A DNA stretch of 64,000 nt from an uncultured Bacilli bacterium (lineage in GTDB: Bacteria > Bacillota_I > Bacilli_A > RF39 > UBA660). Made by a program: the position numbers and the translations under genes. The DNA is taken from assembly GCA_934101625.1 (NCBI GenBank), contig CAKORV010000001.1, positions 66,121 to 130,120 on the forward strand. The letters run 5' to 3'. This document shows, in pieces, positions 1 to 10,536 of the stretch (positions are counted from its first letter, which is position 1; every line of letters begins with the position of its first letter). Under the pieces are notes generated by a model. It made no database searches and was not told where the DNA came from. It was given only the letters and a program-made list of their open reading frames with translations.

Positions 1-182
1 TAAACGTGTTCTCCATCTTCATCTGTAATTTGATGGCTATGTTCTGAGCCGTCTGCTGATACATTATAAATATGGTATTGCAATTCTCCATTATCTAACA
101 CAAATGTGTCGGTTATTGCTCTATCACCATTTTCATATGTGTCTGTTTCTCTACATAAAAATCTGCCATTATTTTTACTCAT
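1..182 (-). CDS. hypothetical protein, N-terminal part only (gene runs off the left edge)
   Basis: ATG at 180-182 (minus), 8 nt downstream of GGAGG (reverse complement of 191-195). Frame is open to position 1 and translates MSKNNGRFLCRETDTYENGD... Absent from the ORF track because it is truncated. Confidence 0.45.
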   Translation of the reverse strand, partial: MSKNNGRFLCRETDTYENGDRAITDTFVLDNGELQYHIYNVSADGSEHSHQITDEDGEHV

Positions 183-229
183 ATATTTTTCCTCCTTTCA
201 TTTTTATTTAAAATCATATTATTATGATT

Positions 230-991
230 TTAAAAACCAATTTTTCTAAAAATATTCGTGTTTGGAACAATACTAGTTTTTAATCCATAAAGTATTTTAT
301 TATCTAAGTCAATTTGTTGAGAACTAAAATCTAAAAAAATGCTTGTAAAATTATTTAAAATTTTTAATGGATAAAAATTATTTTGGTATCCTAATGCTAA
401 ATAATAATTTAAATTATCTTTTGCTATACTAATGGCTTGCTTATTTAAATAAAAGTTTTTTAAATAAAAATCATTTAGTAACTTAGAACTTTCAATATTT
501 GCTTCTCTTTCATCTGGAATAAAATAATGAGCATTTTTATTATAGCAATTACTTTTTTTGAATTGTAATGATAATTTTTTTGCAAGTGCTATTAGTGATT
601 TATTATCATTATACATACATTTATATTGTATTGCGTGGAATATTTCGTGAAATAATATTGTATAATACTCTACTAAGAATGATTCATCACTTATAAATCC
701 TAATTTATATGCTGTAATTAAATGTCCAATGTTTATAATTAGTATTCTTTTTTCGTAATTATATAATCCTCCAGGTATATTGTTTTCGTAAAGAATTTTA
801 ATATTCTTTATGTAATCAAGTAATTGCAGATTTGAAATTAGTTCAATAATTAAGTCATAGTTTTTTTTTGAAAATAAATTTTTGTCTAAGTTGGTTTTTA
901 AATAATTCCAATAGTTTAGTAATAATTTGTTCAAACTATCATTTAAAATATAATAATGTGAATTATTAGTAAAATTTAAATTTGTTTCCAT
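230..991 (-). CDS. putative HExxH zinc metallopeptidase, uncharacterised family
   Basis: Track ORF 230..1042. Likely start is METNLNF at 991, behind GAGAGGT. Motif ILFHEIFHAIQYK. Paralogous to the 59969..60721 product (shared HExxH, DERxA/EERFA and YG motifs). Confidence 0.55.
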   Translation of the reverse strand: METNLNFTNNSHYYILNDSLNKLLLNYWNYLKTNLDKNLFSKKNYDLIIELISNLQLLDYIKNIKILYENNIPGGLYNYEKRILIINIGHLITAYKLGFISDESFLVEYYTILFHEIFHAIQYKCMYNDNKSLIALAKKLSLQFKKSNCYNKNAHYFIPDEREANIESSKLLNDFYLKNFYLNKQAISIAKDNLNYYLALGYQNNFYPLKILNNFTSIFLDFSSQQIDLDNKILYGLKTSIVPNTNIFRKIGF

Positions 992-1038
992 AATTACCTC
1001 TCGAATTAAGGCTATATTAACATAAACTTTAAAATGCG

Positions 1039-1626
1039 TCAAACATTTTCTTTAATTTTGTTAATTAAAACACATTCTCTATTGTAAACTGAACCTAATG
1101 AAAAATCCTTTTTTGTTTCACTAAATACTCTTTCTATAGCTATTCTTCTATTGTAATCAAATGGTTTATTAAATATCATTTTAACAGAATTATCATTATC
1201 ATGCTCATTTCTATCTAAATAGTATGGGTCAAATATATAAACATAATTTTTAGTTATTTTAGTTATAATTACATAATGTTCACATTCTTGATAACATCTT
1301 ATAAAAACTACACCATCATTATTTATATATTCTTTCATTTTTTCTAAAGTAATTTGTTCTTTTTCTAGTCTTATACACTTAACATTAAAATTGTTTTCAT
1401 TAGTATAATTTGTTATCCACTTTGTTAATTTTTTTATTGCCTCTCTACTAGTTCCGCCTTGTCCAAGATTGCCTTTATCATCATAGCAGTCCAATGTGTA
1501 TTTAAATATCGATTTAACTAATAAAGCTGGTATTTCTTCTCTTTCAAATAAGTAACTAAATGCATTTAAAAGCGATACTGTTCCACAATCAAATTCTGTT
1601 ACTTGAAATCTTAATGGTATTTTCAT
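1039..1626 (-). CDS. stand-alone papain-like cysteine peptidase (C39-like)
   Basis: N-terminal Q-x5-CG motif (RFQVTEFDCGTVSLLNA), later His (CEHYVIIT) and Asp (IFDPYY). No ABC transporter domain is attached. Confidence 0.6.
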   Translation of the reverse strand: MKIPLRFQVTEFDCGTVSLLNAFSYLFEREEIPALLVKSIFKYTLDCYDDKGNLGQGGTSREAIKKLTKWITNYTNENNFNVKCIRLEKEQITLEKMKEYINNDGVVFIRCYQECEHYVIITKITKNYVYIFDPYYLDRNEHDNDNSVKMIFNKPFDYNRRIAIERVFSETKKDFSLGSVYNRECVLINKIKENV

Positions 1627-1635
1627 AAATTCTCC

Positions 1636-2502
1636 TTATAAAATTTTACTTTTCAATATTTCACTTGTAAAATCATATGTTTCTTCACATAATTTATTAA
1701 GTCTTTCATTATGTGCTTTTCTTTTTTCGGGTGTGTTAACTTCATCCCAAGGTGCATACATTGCATTGACTAATGTATCTAAATTTTCACATATTATTTT
1801 TGCATTTTCCTCTCCTAAGTATTCAATCCAATCATTATCTTCTTTAAATTGTGCTCTAAATAATAGTTTTTTTAGTTCATCATTTTGTAATAACAATTCA
1901 GCAATTCTACTGGCTCTACCATAGCTCTTTATTTGATACTCTCCTGTTATTAACTCGCATATTTTTGCAGTAGTAACTGAATTTAATGCTTCTTCGATAC
2001 CTAACATACTTGTTTCTTTTACCTCTATTTTACCATTTTCTATATCACATATATCTTTATTTAAACCAGTTGAATCATATACTTTACCATTTATAAGTTT
2101 TTCTTTTTTATATCCTTTAATAGCGTGACATAGTTCATGTACAATTGTATCGAGTTTGTTATTGTCTAAAACAAATTCTTTTTTATATGGAGTTCTTATA
2201 TATACAATTGATTTTGATTCTAAGCCTTTATCTGTAATTTTTATATTTTTATGATAGAAAGCACCACCTGTTGTTGGTATTTGCCATTTTTCCTGTGTGT
2301 TAAAGTAAGTATTTAAATAATCTTGCATATTCTCGGTAGGTCCTTGTATATGTATTTCACATTCATTAATAGTGCTCAAAATCATTTCAGTATGTTCTTC
2401 TCCATATACTTTAATAATCGCAGGTATAACAGAATTTAACAACCTTATCATATCATCAGAATAGTTAAATTTTATTTTTAAATTATCTAAATAGTTTTCC
2501 AT
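1636..2502 (-). CDS. putative HExxH metallopeptidase, uncharacterised
   Basis: 288-aa ORF with motif IVHELCHAIKG. No signal peptide seen. Same strand and tightly packed with the neighbouring peptidase genes. Confidence 0.45.
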   Translation of the reverse strand: MENYLDNLKIKFNYSDDMIRLLNSVIPAIIKVYGEEHTEMILSTINECEIHIQGPTENMQDYLNTYFNTQEKWQIPTTGGAFYHKNIKITDKGLESKSIVYIRTPYKKEFVLDNNKLDTIVHELCHAIKGYKKEKLINGKVYDSTGLNKDICDIENGKIEVKETSMLGIEEALNSVTTAKICELITGEYQIKSYGRASRIAELLLQNDELKKLLFRAQFKEDNDWIEYLGEENAKIICENLDTLVNAMYAPWDEVNTPEKRKAHNERLNKLCEETYDFTSEILKSKIL

Positions 2503-2511
2503 AGTTAACTC

Positions 2512-3003
2512 CTAAATTATATTATTTTTTCCTATTAATTTTTCAAGAAGTTTTAATGCATAATTATGATAATCTATTCCAGAGTGACTCATACATAAAT
2601 CTTTTAATATTTTAACATCTAAATTATAATCAAAAAGGTCTAATGCTGTTTTTAAAACACAAGCATCTGTATCAATCCCACATAAATAGATTGTATTTAT
2701 ATTATTAATTTTTATATATTCTTTTAGTTCTTCAGTTAATGCTGTATATGTTTTCTTAGTAAATATTTTATAATTATCAGTGTTTAGAACAATTTCTCTA
2801 TCTTCATCTTCTACACATCCTATATAATTTAATTTATTATAAAAATTATTATCAAGTTCATTTATAAATTTAGTAAAGCATACATAATCTAAAGTATTTG
2901 TTTCAATATAATCTTTTATTTTATCAGGTATATCTTTTGTATTTTCATTTATAAAATTATTTTGTAAATCTATAATTAATAACATATTTTTCATATCATT
3001 CAC
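2512..3003 (-). CDS. isochorismatase-family cysteine hydrolase (nicotinamidase-like)
   Basis: LLIIDLQNNF (catalytic Asp), FTKKTY (Lys) and LCGIDTDACV (Cys) match the isochorismatase-like triad. Confidence 0.75.
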   Translation of the reverse strand: MNDMKNMLLIIDLQNNFINENTKDIPDKIKDYIETNTLDYVCFTKFINELDNNFYNKLNYIGCVEDEDREIVLNTDNYKIFTKKTYTALTEELKEYIKINNINTIYLCGIDTDACVLKTALDLFDYNLDVKILKDLCMSHSGIDYHNYALKLLEKLIGKNNII

Positions 3004-3154
3004 CTAACTTATTTATATCATCAGTTATTTGTTTAGTCAAATTATATTGGTATTATTGTGTAAAGTAAATTGTTCTTTTATTTAATTATTAAGATTAAAA
3101 TAAAAGACTTTTTAATATAACTTTGATATAATTGTTTTAGGTTTAGGTGATAAA

Positions 3155-3694
3155 GTGAAAAGTTATGTTAAAAAACAATTTATTAGATTTAGAGTTTATT
3201 TAATATTTGATGCTTATAAAAGAACTAAGTATATAGTTAAAAAGAATATTTTTTATAGTGTAGGTGATAATTTCTTTTTTCAACCAAGAAAGTTACCAAG
3301 TGATGCTAAAATGATTAGTTTTGGTAATAATGTTACAGTTGCTAGTGATGTAACTTTTATAAATCATGATATTATACATAATGTTTTAAATAATATGGGA
3401 TATAATAAATATTATCCTTATTATTTGAGACCTATTAAAGTTGGAGATAATGTATTTATAGGGTCCAATAGTGTGATTCTACCAAATATTAAAATAGGAA
3501 ATAATGTTATCATTGGTTCTGGAAGTGTAGTTACAAAAGATATACCTGATAATACTGTCGTGGGTGGAAATCCTGCTAAGAAGATATGTACTTTTGATGA
3601 ATATGTTTCTAAAAGAGAGAAAACTTATACTAATGATATTATAGAAGTAGATAATTTATGGAGAATGTTTAATGATGAAAAAGATAATAAATAA
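3155..3694 (+). CDS. hexapeptide-repeat (LbH) O-acetyltransferase
   Basis: GTG start after AGGTGAT. Hexapeptide repeats VGDNVFIGSNSVILPNIKIGNNVIIGSGSVV..GGNPAKKI. Confidence 0.8.
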   Translation: MKSYVKKQFIRFRVYLIFDAYKRTKYIVKKNIFYSVGDNFFFQPRKLPSDAKMISFGNNVTVASDVTFINHDIIHNVLNNMGYNKYYPYYLRPIKVGDNVFIGSNSVILPNIKIGNNVIIGSGSVVTKDIPDNTVVGGNPAKKICTFDEYVSKREKTYTNDIIEVDNLWRMFNDEKDNK

Positions 3695-4916
3695 TAATAA
3701 ATTCTTAAAAATATTCTTGTTTATGCAACCGTTTTTAGATGTTTTAGCTGCGGTGTTAATCTATAATAATGTTGATAACTTTGTTACATCTTTGATTAGA
3801 TTAGTATTTATGGGATTAATGGTTTTATATTTATATTTTGGAGAGTATGAAAATAAAAAGAAAACTTTAATATATGTATCAACTTTAATTATGACAATTA
3901 TTATTCATACATTAATTATGGTATTTGATAAAGATATGAGTGTATTTATGTATGAATTTAAGAATACAATATCAACTTATTATTTTGTATTTTTGTTGAT
4001 AAGTTTAGGAGTTATTTACAAAGATAATAAAATTAGTAAGAAAGAGCTTATGTATTTGTGGATAATTTATGTTTTATTAACATTTATACCTAATGTTCTT
4101 GGTATTGGATTCAAAAGTTATTCACATAGTAAAACAGGTATGACTGGATGGTTTTATTCAGCAAATGTAGTAGGTTCTATATTAGTTATTATATTACCTA
4201 TAATATTGATTGAAATAAAAAAATTACCTAAGCTTTTAATAGTTATTTTAGGTGCATTGGTACTTTATAGCGTATTTAGTTTAGGAACTAAGACACCTGT
4301 TTTAGGATTAGGTATAATACTATTTTTTAATCTTTTATATTATGTTTATAAATTATTTAAATCTAAGAAAAAGAAAAGTATTGTTATAATATTTAGCAGT
4401 TTAATATTACTTTGTGGAGTTAGTGCTTATGTGATACCTAAAACAAGCTTTTATGAAAATTTAAAAATACATTATAACTTTTTAAAAAAGAATGATGTTA
4501 AAATATTTAGTAAAGAATTTTTAGATCATTTTGTATTTAGTCAAAGGCTATCCATGGAAGAAAGAACTAGACATAATTATAATAAAAGTCATATTCAAGA
4601 AAAGATATTTGGTATAGGTTATATAGAAAATTATAGTACAGATTCAGTTAATCTTAAAATAGTTGAAATGGATTATTTTGATATATTTTATAGAGAAGGT
4701 ATTATAGGATTTATTTTATTCTTTATACCAATTATATATATGATAGTAATGTTTTTTAAAAATAATTCTATTAATTTTGTGAGTGTTAATATGTTTATAT
4801 CTATATTGTTAATAATGCTACTTGCTTTATTTCAAGGACATATATTTATTACACCTGCGATTAGTATATTTGTAGCATTAATATTAAATATGGGAAGGAG
4901 TAAATTAAGTGAATAG
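3672..4916 (+). CDS. O-antigen polymerase/ligase-like (Wzy-type) polytopic membrane protein
   Basis: 414 aa with about 10-12 hydrophobic spans and a central loop. Lies inside the glycopolymer locus. Confidence 0.5.
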   Translation: MMKKIINNNKFLKIFLFMQPFLDVLAAVLIYNNVDNFVTSLIRLVFMGLMVLYLYFGEYENKKKTLIYVSTLIMTIIIHTLIMVFDKDMSVFMYEFKNTISTYYFVFLLISLGVIYKDNKISKKELMYLWIIYVLLTFIPNVLGIGFKSYSHSKTGMTGWFYSANVVGSILVIILPIILIEIKKLPKLLIVILGALVLYSVFSLGTKTPVLGLGIILFFNLLYYVYKLFKSKKKKSIVIIFSSLILLCGVSAYVIPKTSFYENLKIHYNFLKKNDVKIFSKEFLDHFVFSQRLSMEERTRHNYNKSHIQEKIFGIGYIENYSTDSVNLKIVEMDYFDIFYREGIIGFILFFIPIIYMIVMFFKNNSINFVSVNMFISILLIMLLALFQGHIFITPAISIFVALILNMGRSKLSE

Positions 4917-5448
4917 GTTTAAAGATATTATTATAATTGTTTTAATTAGTTGTATACTTGTATTAGCATATTTCTTGTATAAAAATAATTCTAAAAATTG
5001 TGGAGAAGTTAGTGATGAAGAAAAATACAAATTATATGTTAATAATTATAAAAAAAGTATGAATAATTTAAATAGTAATAATGAACAATATAGAAATATT
5101 AAAATGATTAATAGTGAAGTAGTAGGTAGTTATACATTAATGGTTAATACTAATAATGAGTTAATTTTAAATCAAGGTGGTAAGTATGAAGATTATGTGA
5201 TGGCTAAAGATGTAGTTAATTTCTTTATAGTTGATGAAGGAAATGGTGGATTTAATTATGTTTACTATACTACTTTGGATGGCTCATTATATACATTTTG
5301 TGTTGAGATGGGAGAACAAGATATAGAAAAATTAAATTTTAAATATATTGTAAATGTAATAGACAATAATATAGAGTATTCTATTGGAGATGATGGATGT
5401 ACTCCTTTATTTATAGATATTCTAGGAAATGTTTATAGCAAATATTAA
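4909..5448 (+). CDS. membrane-anchored hypothetical protein
   Basis: Single N-terminal TM (IIIIVLISCILVLAYFLY). No recognisable motif. Confidence 0.4.
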   Translation: MNRFKDIIIIVLISCILVLAYFLYKNNSKNCGEVSDEEKYKLYVNNYKKSMNNLNSNNEQYRNIKMINSEVVGSYTLMVNTNNELILNQGGKYEDYVMAKDVVNFFIVDEGNGGFNYVYYTTLDGSLYTFCVEMGEQDIEKLNFKYIVNVIDNNIEYSIGDDGCTPLFIDILGNVYSKY

Positions 5449-5494
5449 TATTTCTTTTTCTTTTATAATTTTTATAGTATAATTAATTTAGAGG

Positions 5495-6550
5495 GTGATA
5501 GAAGTGAATTTTAATGTAAATGGACATAATGTATTTTTAATAGTGGCTGTTACTTTTGTTAGTTCAATTATATTCGTTTATCTTAGTAAGTTGGTGGCTA
5601 TTCATACTGGAATTATGGATGTTCCTAATAAAAGAAGTGCTCATAAGAAACCTACACCTTTATTAGGTGGAATTGGAATATTTTTGTCATTTTTACTTGG
5701 ATATATTTTATTTGGTAAAGAAAGTACTTTAATGTTATCTATTTTAATAGCATCATTTTTAATATTATTACTTGGTATATTCGATGATATTAAACCAATA
5801 ACGGCAAAAATTAAATTTTTAGTTCATATTTTAGTAGCATGTATTATAGTGTTTTATGGTGGTTTAAAGTTAGATTATTTTGATATGTTTAGTATAAATG
5901 CTTATTTAGGTATATGGTCTTATCCAATAACTATTTTGCTAATAGTATCAATTATAAATGCCATTAATTTAATAGATGGATTGGATGGTTTATGTGCTGG
6001 TATAAGTTCTATTTATTTTTTAACTATTGGAATAATTGCTTTAATTTTAAATAAATTAGGTGGACTTGATATAATGCTTTCATTTATTATGTTTGGTGCT
6101 ACAACAGGTTTTCTTGTTCATAATTTTCCGCCAGCTAAAATATTTATGGGAGATACAGGAAGTACTTTTTTAGGATTAATGATAAGTGTTATTATGTTAC
6201 TTGGATTCAAAACTGTTACTTTAACAAGTTTAATAATACCAATGGTACTTTTGATTTTACCTATTATTGATACTTTATTTGCTATTATAAGAAGAACTAT
6301 ACATAAAAGACCTATTGGTGAAGCTGATAAAGAACATATTCATCATCAATTATTAAAGAAATTAAGTACTAGAAAAACTATTTTAATAATTTATTTTATA
6401 GATATGATATTTAGTGCTGTTACTATTTTATATAGTATTGGTTATAGAAAAGAAATGGTTATATTTTATGTGTTGTTGGCTTTTCTAATACTATTTTTAG
6501 TGTTTAAAACTAATGTTATATTTGATAATGGAAAGAAAGTGAATAAATAA
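5495..6550 (+). CDS. tagO: undecaprenyl-phosphate N-acetylhexosamine-1-phosphate transferase (MraY/WecA/TagO family, GT4)
   Basis: Motifs NLIDGLDGLCAG and HNFPPAKIFMGDTGSTFLG in a polytopic protein. The start may be the GTG at 5504. Confidence 0.85.
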   Translation: MIEVNFNVNGHNVFLIVAVTFVSSIIFVYLSKLVAIHTGIMDVPNKRSAHKKPTPLLGGIGIFLSFLLGYILFGKESTLMLSILIASFLILLLGIFDDIKPITAKIKFLVHILVACIIVFYGGLKLDYFDMFSINAYLGIWSYPITILLIVSIINAINLIDGLDGLCAGISSIYFLTIGIIALILNKLGGLDIMLSFIMFGATTGFLVHNFPPAKIFMGDTGSTFLGLMISVIMLLGFKTVTLTSLIIPMVLLILPIIDTLFAIIRRTIHKRPIGEADKEHIHHQLLKKLSTRKTILIIYFIDMIFSAVTILYSIGYRKEMVIFYVLLAFLILFLVFKTNVIFDNGKKVNK

Positions 6551-7518
6551 TGAAAGTATGTATTTTAGGGAGTGGAGCATATGGTCTTGCTTTAGGAAGT
6601 ATTTTTAATAGAAATAAACATAATGTTGTTATGTGGACTTTTAGTAAAGAGGAAGAGAAATTATTGAAGCTAAAAAGAGAAAGTAGTAAATTACCTGGTT
6701 ATATTATTCCTGATAATGTTAAGATAACAAGTAGTATTAAGAGAGCTTTAAATAAATCAAATTTAGTTGTTATAGCTGTACCAGCTTTTGCTGTAGATAG
6801 TACTTCTAAATTGATAAGTAAGTTTATAACTAAAGATATGCATATTTTAATTGCAACTAAGGGTATTGAAAATGATACGTGTGATTTTTTGACTGATGTA
6901 GTCGAAAGATATATAAATAGTAATAAGATTGCTGTTATATCAGGACCAACTTTTGCTAGAGATATAGTATTAAATGTACCTGTTGGACTTAGTTTGGCTA
7001 CTACTAATGTTAGAACTAAGAATTTTATTAAAAAAGCAATGGAAAGTGATATTGTTAAGTTAAGAGATACACAAGATGTTATTGGTGTGCAAATCTGTGG
7101 AGCAATAAAAAATGTAATGGCAATTGCTTCAGGTATATTAGATGGAATGAATGTTACAGATTCAACAAAGGCTTTGTTTTTAACTGAAAGTTTAAATGAT
7201 ATTAAAGAATTAATAGATGCATTAGGTGGTAATAAGAAAACTATTCTTTCATTTAGTGGATTTGGTGATATTTTAATGACTTGTACAAGCACTAATAGTA
7301 GAAATTTTAGTTATGGTCATTTAATTGGTGAAGGAAAGTTAGAAGAGGCTAAAATATATGGAGAAAATACAACTGTAGAAGGATTATATACTTTAAAAAG
7401 TATTAAGGAATTAATTAAAAGAGAACATGTTAAAATGCCAATAGTAGATTTAATAAGTGATATTATTATTGGAAATAAAAATAAAGAAGAGATATTAAGA
7501 TTTCTTATAGAAAAGTAA
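6550..7518 (+). CDS. gpsA: NAD(P)H-dependent glycerol-3-phosphate dehydrogenase
   Basis: Rossmann motif ILGSGAYGLAL and the GpsA signature CGAIKNVMAIASGILDG. Confidence 0.9.
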   Translation: MKVCILGSGAYGLALGSIFNRNKHNVVMWTFSKEEEKLLKLKRESSKLPGYIIPDNVKITSSIKRALNKSNLVVIAVPAFAVDSTSKLISKFITKDMHILIATKGIENDTCDFLTDVVERYINSNKIAVISGPTFARDIVLNVPVGLSLATTNVRTKNFIKKAMESDIVKLRDTQDVIGVQICGAIKNVMAIASGILDGMNVTDSTKALFLTESLNDIKELIDALGGNKKTILSFSGFGDILMTCTSTNSRNFSYGHLIGEGKLEEAKIYGENTTVEGLYTLKSIKELIKREHVKMPIVDLISDIIIGNKNKEEILRFLIEK

Positions 7519-7576
7519 ATAGTGATATTTCTTTTTCTTTTTCTGTGTAGTATAATATTTAATCAGGAGATGAATT

Positions 7577-7963
7577 ATGAATAAGTTTATAGCATTAATG
7601 TTACCTAGTAGTTTGGGTACAATTATTTATTTAAGAAATACAACTAAAGAAAATGAAAAGTTAGGAATTTATGTTTATTTATTAAATACTTTGTTAACAA
7701 ATATTATTAGCTATGTGTTTATGTATAGTGTAAAAGGAATTAAATCATTTAATTTTACTAATATGTTTACTGTTAAGTATTCTTTGTGTAGTTTAATTAT
7801 TTCTATTTTTTTAAGTATTCTTTTTGTAATAGTAAGTAAAAATATTAAATTAAATGTTGAATTTAAAGAGGTAATAAATAATGAAGGAAAAGTTGAAGTT
7901 AGGGAAGAAAAAAATTCTAGTAAAGAAACCAAAAAAAGAAAAAATATTAAGAATAATAAATAA
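7577..7963 (+). CDS. small membrane protein, hypothetical
   Basis: Three hydrophobic spans and a Lys-rich tail. Overlaps the next gene by 83 nt in another frame. Confidence 0.35.
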   Translation: MNKFIALMLPSSLGTIIYLRNTTKENEKLGIYVYLLNTLLTNIISYVFMYSVKGIKSFNFTNMFTVKYSLCSLIISIFLSILFVIVSKNIKLNVEFKEVINNEGKVEVREEKNSSKETKKRKNIKNNK

Positions 7964-9485
7964 TATAGTTTCTATTTTAATATTAGTTTTAGGTATTGGA
8001 ATCTTTTGTTTAAGTTTTTATATAGAGAAGTTTTTAAGTAAAGTTAGTTTTTATGAAATTGTTTATTATTTAATTAGTCCTAAAACTGGATTTGGAAGTT
8101 CAGTATTTTATGAAGGTGTTAAAGCTTGTGCTGGTTTGTTTATTTCACTTTTGATAATTTTACTTATACCTATTATAAATAGTAAGAGAGTAAAAATAAG
8201 TTTACAAATTAGGAATAAAGATATTAAATTGTATCCGGTATTTTATAAGTATAAATTTGTATATTCTTTAATAGTGTTAGCCATGAGTGCAGTGTTTATT
8301 ATGTTTAAATTAGGAGCGCATACTTATATTAAGAATAATTTAACAAGTGGAGATATTTATGAAACTAGTTATGTAAATACTAATGAAGTTAAGATTAAGT
8401 TTCCTGAAAAGAAGAAAAATTTAATTATTTTATATCTTGAAAGTATGGAAGCTAGTTTAGTTTCTCCAGAAAATGGTGGAGTATTTAGTAAGTCAAGAAT
8501 ACCTGAATTAGAAAAATTAGCTTTAAATAATATTAGTTTTTCAAATACTGATAAGTTAGGTGGAGGTAATGTTGCATCAAATGCAACCTGGACGATCGCA
8601 GCTACGGTGGCATCTACTTCTGGTACACCTGTTTTATCCGATATTGGTAATAGTTATGATAAGATAGAAAAATTTATGCCTAATGTAGTAACTTTAGGAG
8701 ATGTATTAAATAAAGAAGGATATAACCTTGAACTAATTCAAGGAACAGGTAAATATTTTGCTGGAACTGATAAATATTATATAACACATGGTAATTATGA
8801 AATACTTGATTACTATGAAATGATAGATAGAGAATTGGTACCTGAAGGTTACTATGTTTGGGAAGGTGTTGAAGATAAAAAGGTATTAGAATTTTCTAAA
8901 GATGAAATACTTAAATTAGCAGAAGAAGAAAAACCATTTTCTGTAAGTATATTTACAATGGATACTCATTTTAAAGATGGTTATGTAGATTCTAGTTGTA
9001 GTAATAAGTTTAGTGAACATTTATCTAATGCTTATGCTTGTTCATCTAAGATGGTTAATGAATTTATCAATTGGTTAAAAAAACAAGACTTTTATAAAAA
9101 TACTACTATTGTTTTAATAGGAGACCATTTGAATATGAATACTAATTATTTTAGTGAATATCCTGAATATAATAGAACTATATATAATACTTTTATTAAT
9201 TCTAGTGTTACTGATGTTAGTCATACTAAGAATAGATTATTTTCAGCATATGATTTATATCCAACAATTTTGGCTAGTGTAGGAGCAGAGATTGAAGGAG
9301 ATAAGATAGGATTTGGAGTTAATTTATTTTCTGGTAAAAAGACTATGTTTGAAGAATTGGGTATAAATGAATTTAATACTGAATTATTAAAGAGAAGTAC
9401 TTATTATAGTAAATATATTACTAATTATACTGAGATTGCTAAATTAAATGAAGAAAAGAATAGTAAAAATAATGTTAAGGATTAA
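7881..9485 (+). CDS. LTA-synthase/phosphoglycerol-transferase family protein (membrane-anchored sulfatase-fold enzyme)
   Basis: N-terminal TM bundle followed by an extracellular sulfatase-like domain (YLESMEASL, NATWTIAATVAST, MDTHF, LIGDH). Confidence 0.7.
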   Translation: MKEKLKLGKKKILVKKPKKEKILRIINNIVSILILVLGIGIFCLSFYIEKFLSKVSFYEIVYYLISPKTGFGSSVFYEGVKACAGLFISLLIILLIPIINSKRVKISLQIRNKDIKLYPVFYKYKFVYSLIVLAMSAVFIMFKLGAHTYIKNNLTSGDIYETSYVNTNEVKIKFPEKKKNLIILYLESMEASLVSPENGGVFSKSRIPELEKLALNNISFSNTDKLGGGNVASNATWTIAATVASTSGTPVLSDIGNSYDKIEKFMPNVVTLGDVLNKEGYNLELIQGTGKYFAGTDKYYITHGNYEILDYYEMIDRELVPEGYYVWEGVEDKKVLEFSKDEILKLAEEEKPFSVSIFTMDTHFKDGYVDSSCSNKFSEHLSNAYACSSKMVNEFINWLKKQDFYKNTTIVLIGDHLNMNTNYFSEYPEYNRTIYNTFINSSVTDVSHTKNRLFSAYDLYPTILASVGAEIEGDKIGFGVNLFSGKKTMFEELGINEFNTELLKRSTYYSKYITNYTEIAKLNEEKNSKNNVKD

Positions 9486-9515
9486 CTACTTAGTTTGACT
9501 AGGTAGTTTTTCTTT
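9484..9515 (+). terminator. rho-independent terminator
   Basis: Arms AACTACTTAG / CTAGGTAGTT (one mismatch), 5-nt loop, then a T-run. An extended -10 (TGATATAAT, 9524-9532) follows. Confidence 0.65.
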
Positions 9516-9553
9516 TATTATTTTGATATAATTATAATGAATGGAGACTAAGT

Positions 9554-10483
9554 ATGAAAGATTTTATAAGTGTAATAATACCAATTCACAATAGTGCTAA
9601 ATATTTGGATAAGTGTATACAAAGTATATTGAATCAAAGTTATGTAAAATTAGAAATTTTGTGTATTTTAAATGGTTGTACAGATAATAGTCTAGATATA
9701 GTTAGTAAATATAAAGATAGAGTTATTATTAAAGTTTTAGAAGAAGCAAGTATAAGTAAGGCGAGAAATCTTGGAATTAAAGAGAGTACTGGTGAATATA
9801 TTGCATTTATTGATAGTGATGATACTATTGAGTTTACTTATTTTGAAGAATTGTATAAAAGTATTATTTATGAAAAAAGTGATTTAAGTATATGTGATAT
9901 TTGTGAAGTATATGAAAATATAGATAGGGTTATATATGATAATGATTATCCTAAGAATACTATTAATAAAAGGGCTATATTAGAAAATTTAGATAAATTT
10001 AGATTAGGGCCTGTTTATAAATTATATAAATCTAGTATTATTAAAGATAATAAAATATTATTTCCTGAGTTAAAGTATGAAGATATTTATTTTGTTTTAT
10101 CTTATATATTAAAGTGTAATAGTATATCTAAAGTTAATAAAAATCTATATAATTATATTATACATTCTAATAGTGAACAAACTACTGTTGATATGAGATT
10201 ATTTGATATATTTGATGTTATTAAATTATGTGATAGTTTAACTAGTGAAAAGAGTTATTTAAATATTAAAGTTAATTTATTATGTACTTATTCTTTAAAA
10301 ACCAGGTATATGAAAGATAATAAGTTAAGAAATGAGTTTATTGAAAGAGCATATTTTGAACTCAATAATATAGAGTTTAAGAAAAGTAAATATATAAAAA
10401 AGTGTAGTTTTATTAAAAAAATTATATTAAAACATAAGAATTTGGTTAAAATTTATACTTTTTTGTATTCAAAAGTACATTAA
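9554..10483 (+). CDS. family 2 glycosyltransferase
   Basis: ISVIIPIHNSAKYLDKCIQSILNQSY and FIDSDD motifs. Confidence 0.85.
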   Translation: MKDFISVIIPIHNSAKYLDKCIQSILNQSYVKLEILCILNGCTDNSLDIVSKYKDRVIIKVLEEASISKARNLGIKESTGEYIAFIDSDDTIEFTYFEELYKSIIYEKSDLSICDICEVYENIDRVIYDNDYPKNTINKRAILENLDKFRLGPVYKLYKSSIIKDNKILFPELKYEDIYFVLSYILKCNSISKVNKNLYNYIIHSNSEQTTVDMRLFDIFDVIKLCDSLTSEKSYLNIKVNLLCTYSLKTRYMKDNKLRNEFIERAYFELNNIEFKKSKYIKKCSFIKKIILKHKNLVKIYTFLYSKVH

Positions 10484-10536
10484 AAATTGATTAAAGTGAT
10501 TAAAAAAGTTATAATAATATATGTAAAGGAGTAAAG

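Noticed and set aside
8586-8640. Short run of GC-richer codons (ACC TGG ACG ATC GCA GCT ACG GTG GCA) inside the LtaS-like gene
   Set aside because: It is only about 50 nt and about 50% G+C, with normal adenine content. It falls in the conserved active-site segment. The anomaly is far weaker than at 48281-48432 and compatible with chance or local selection.
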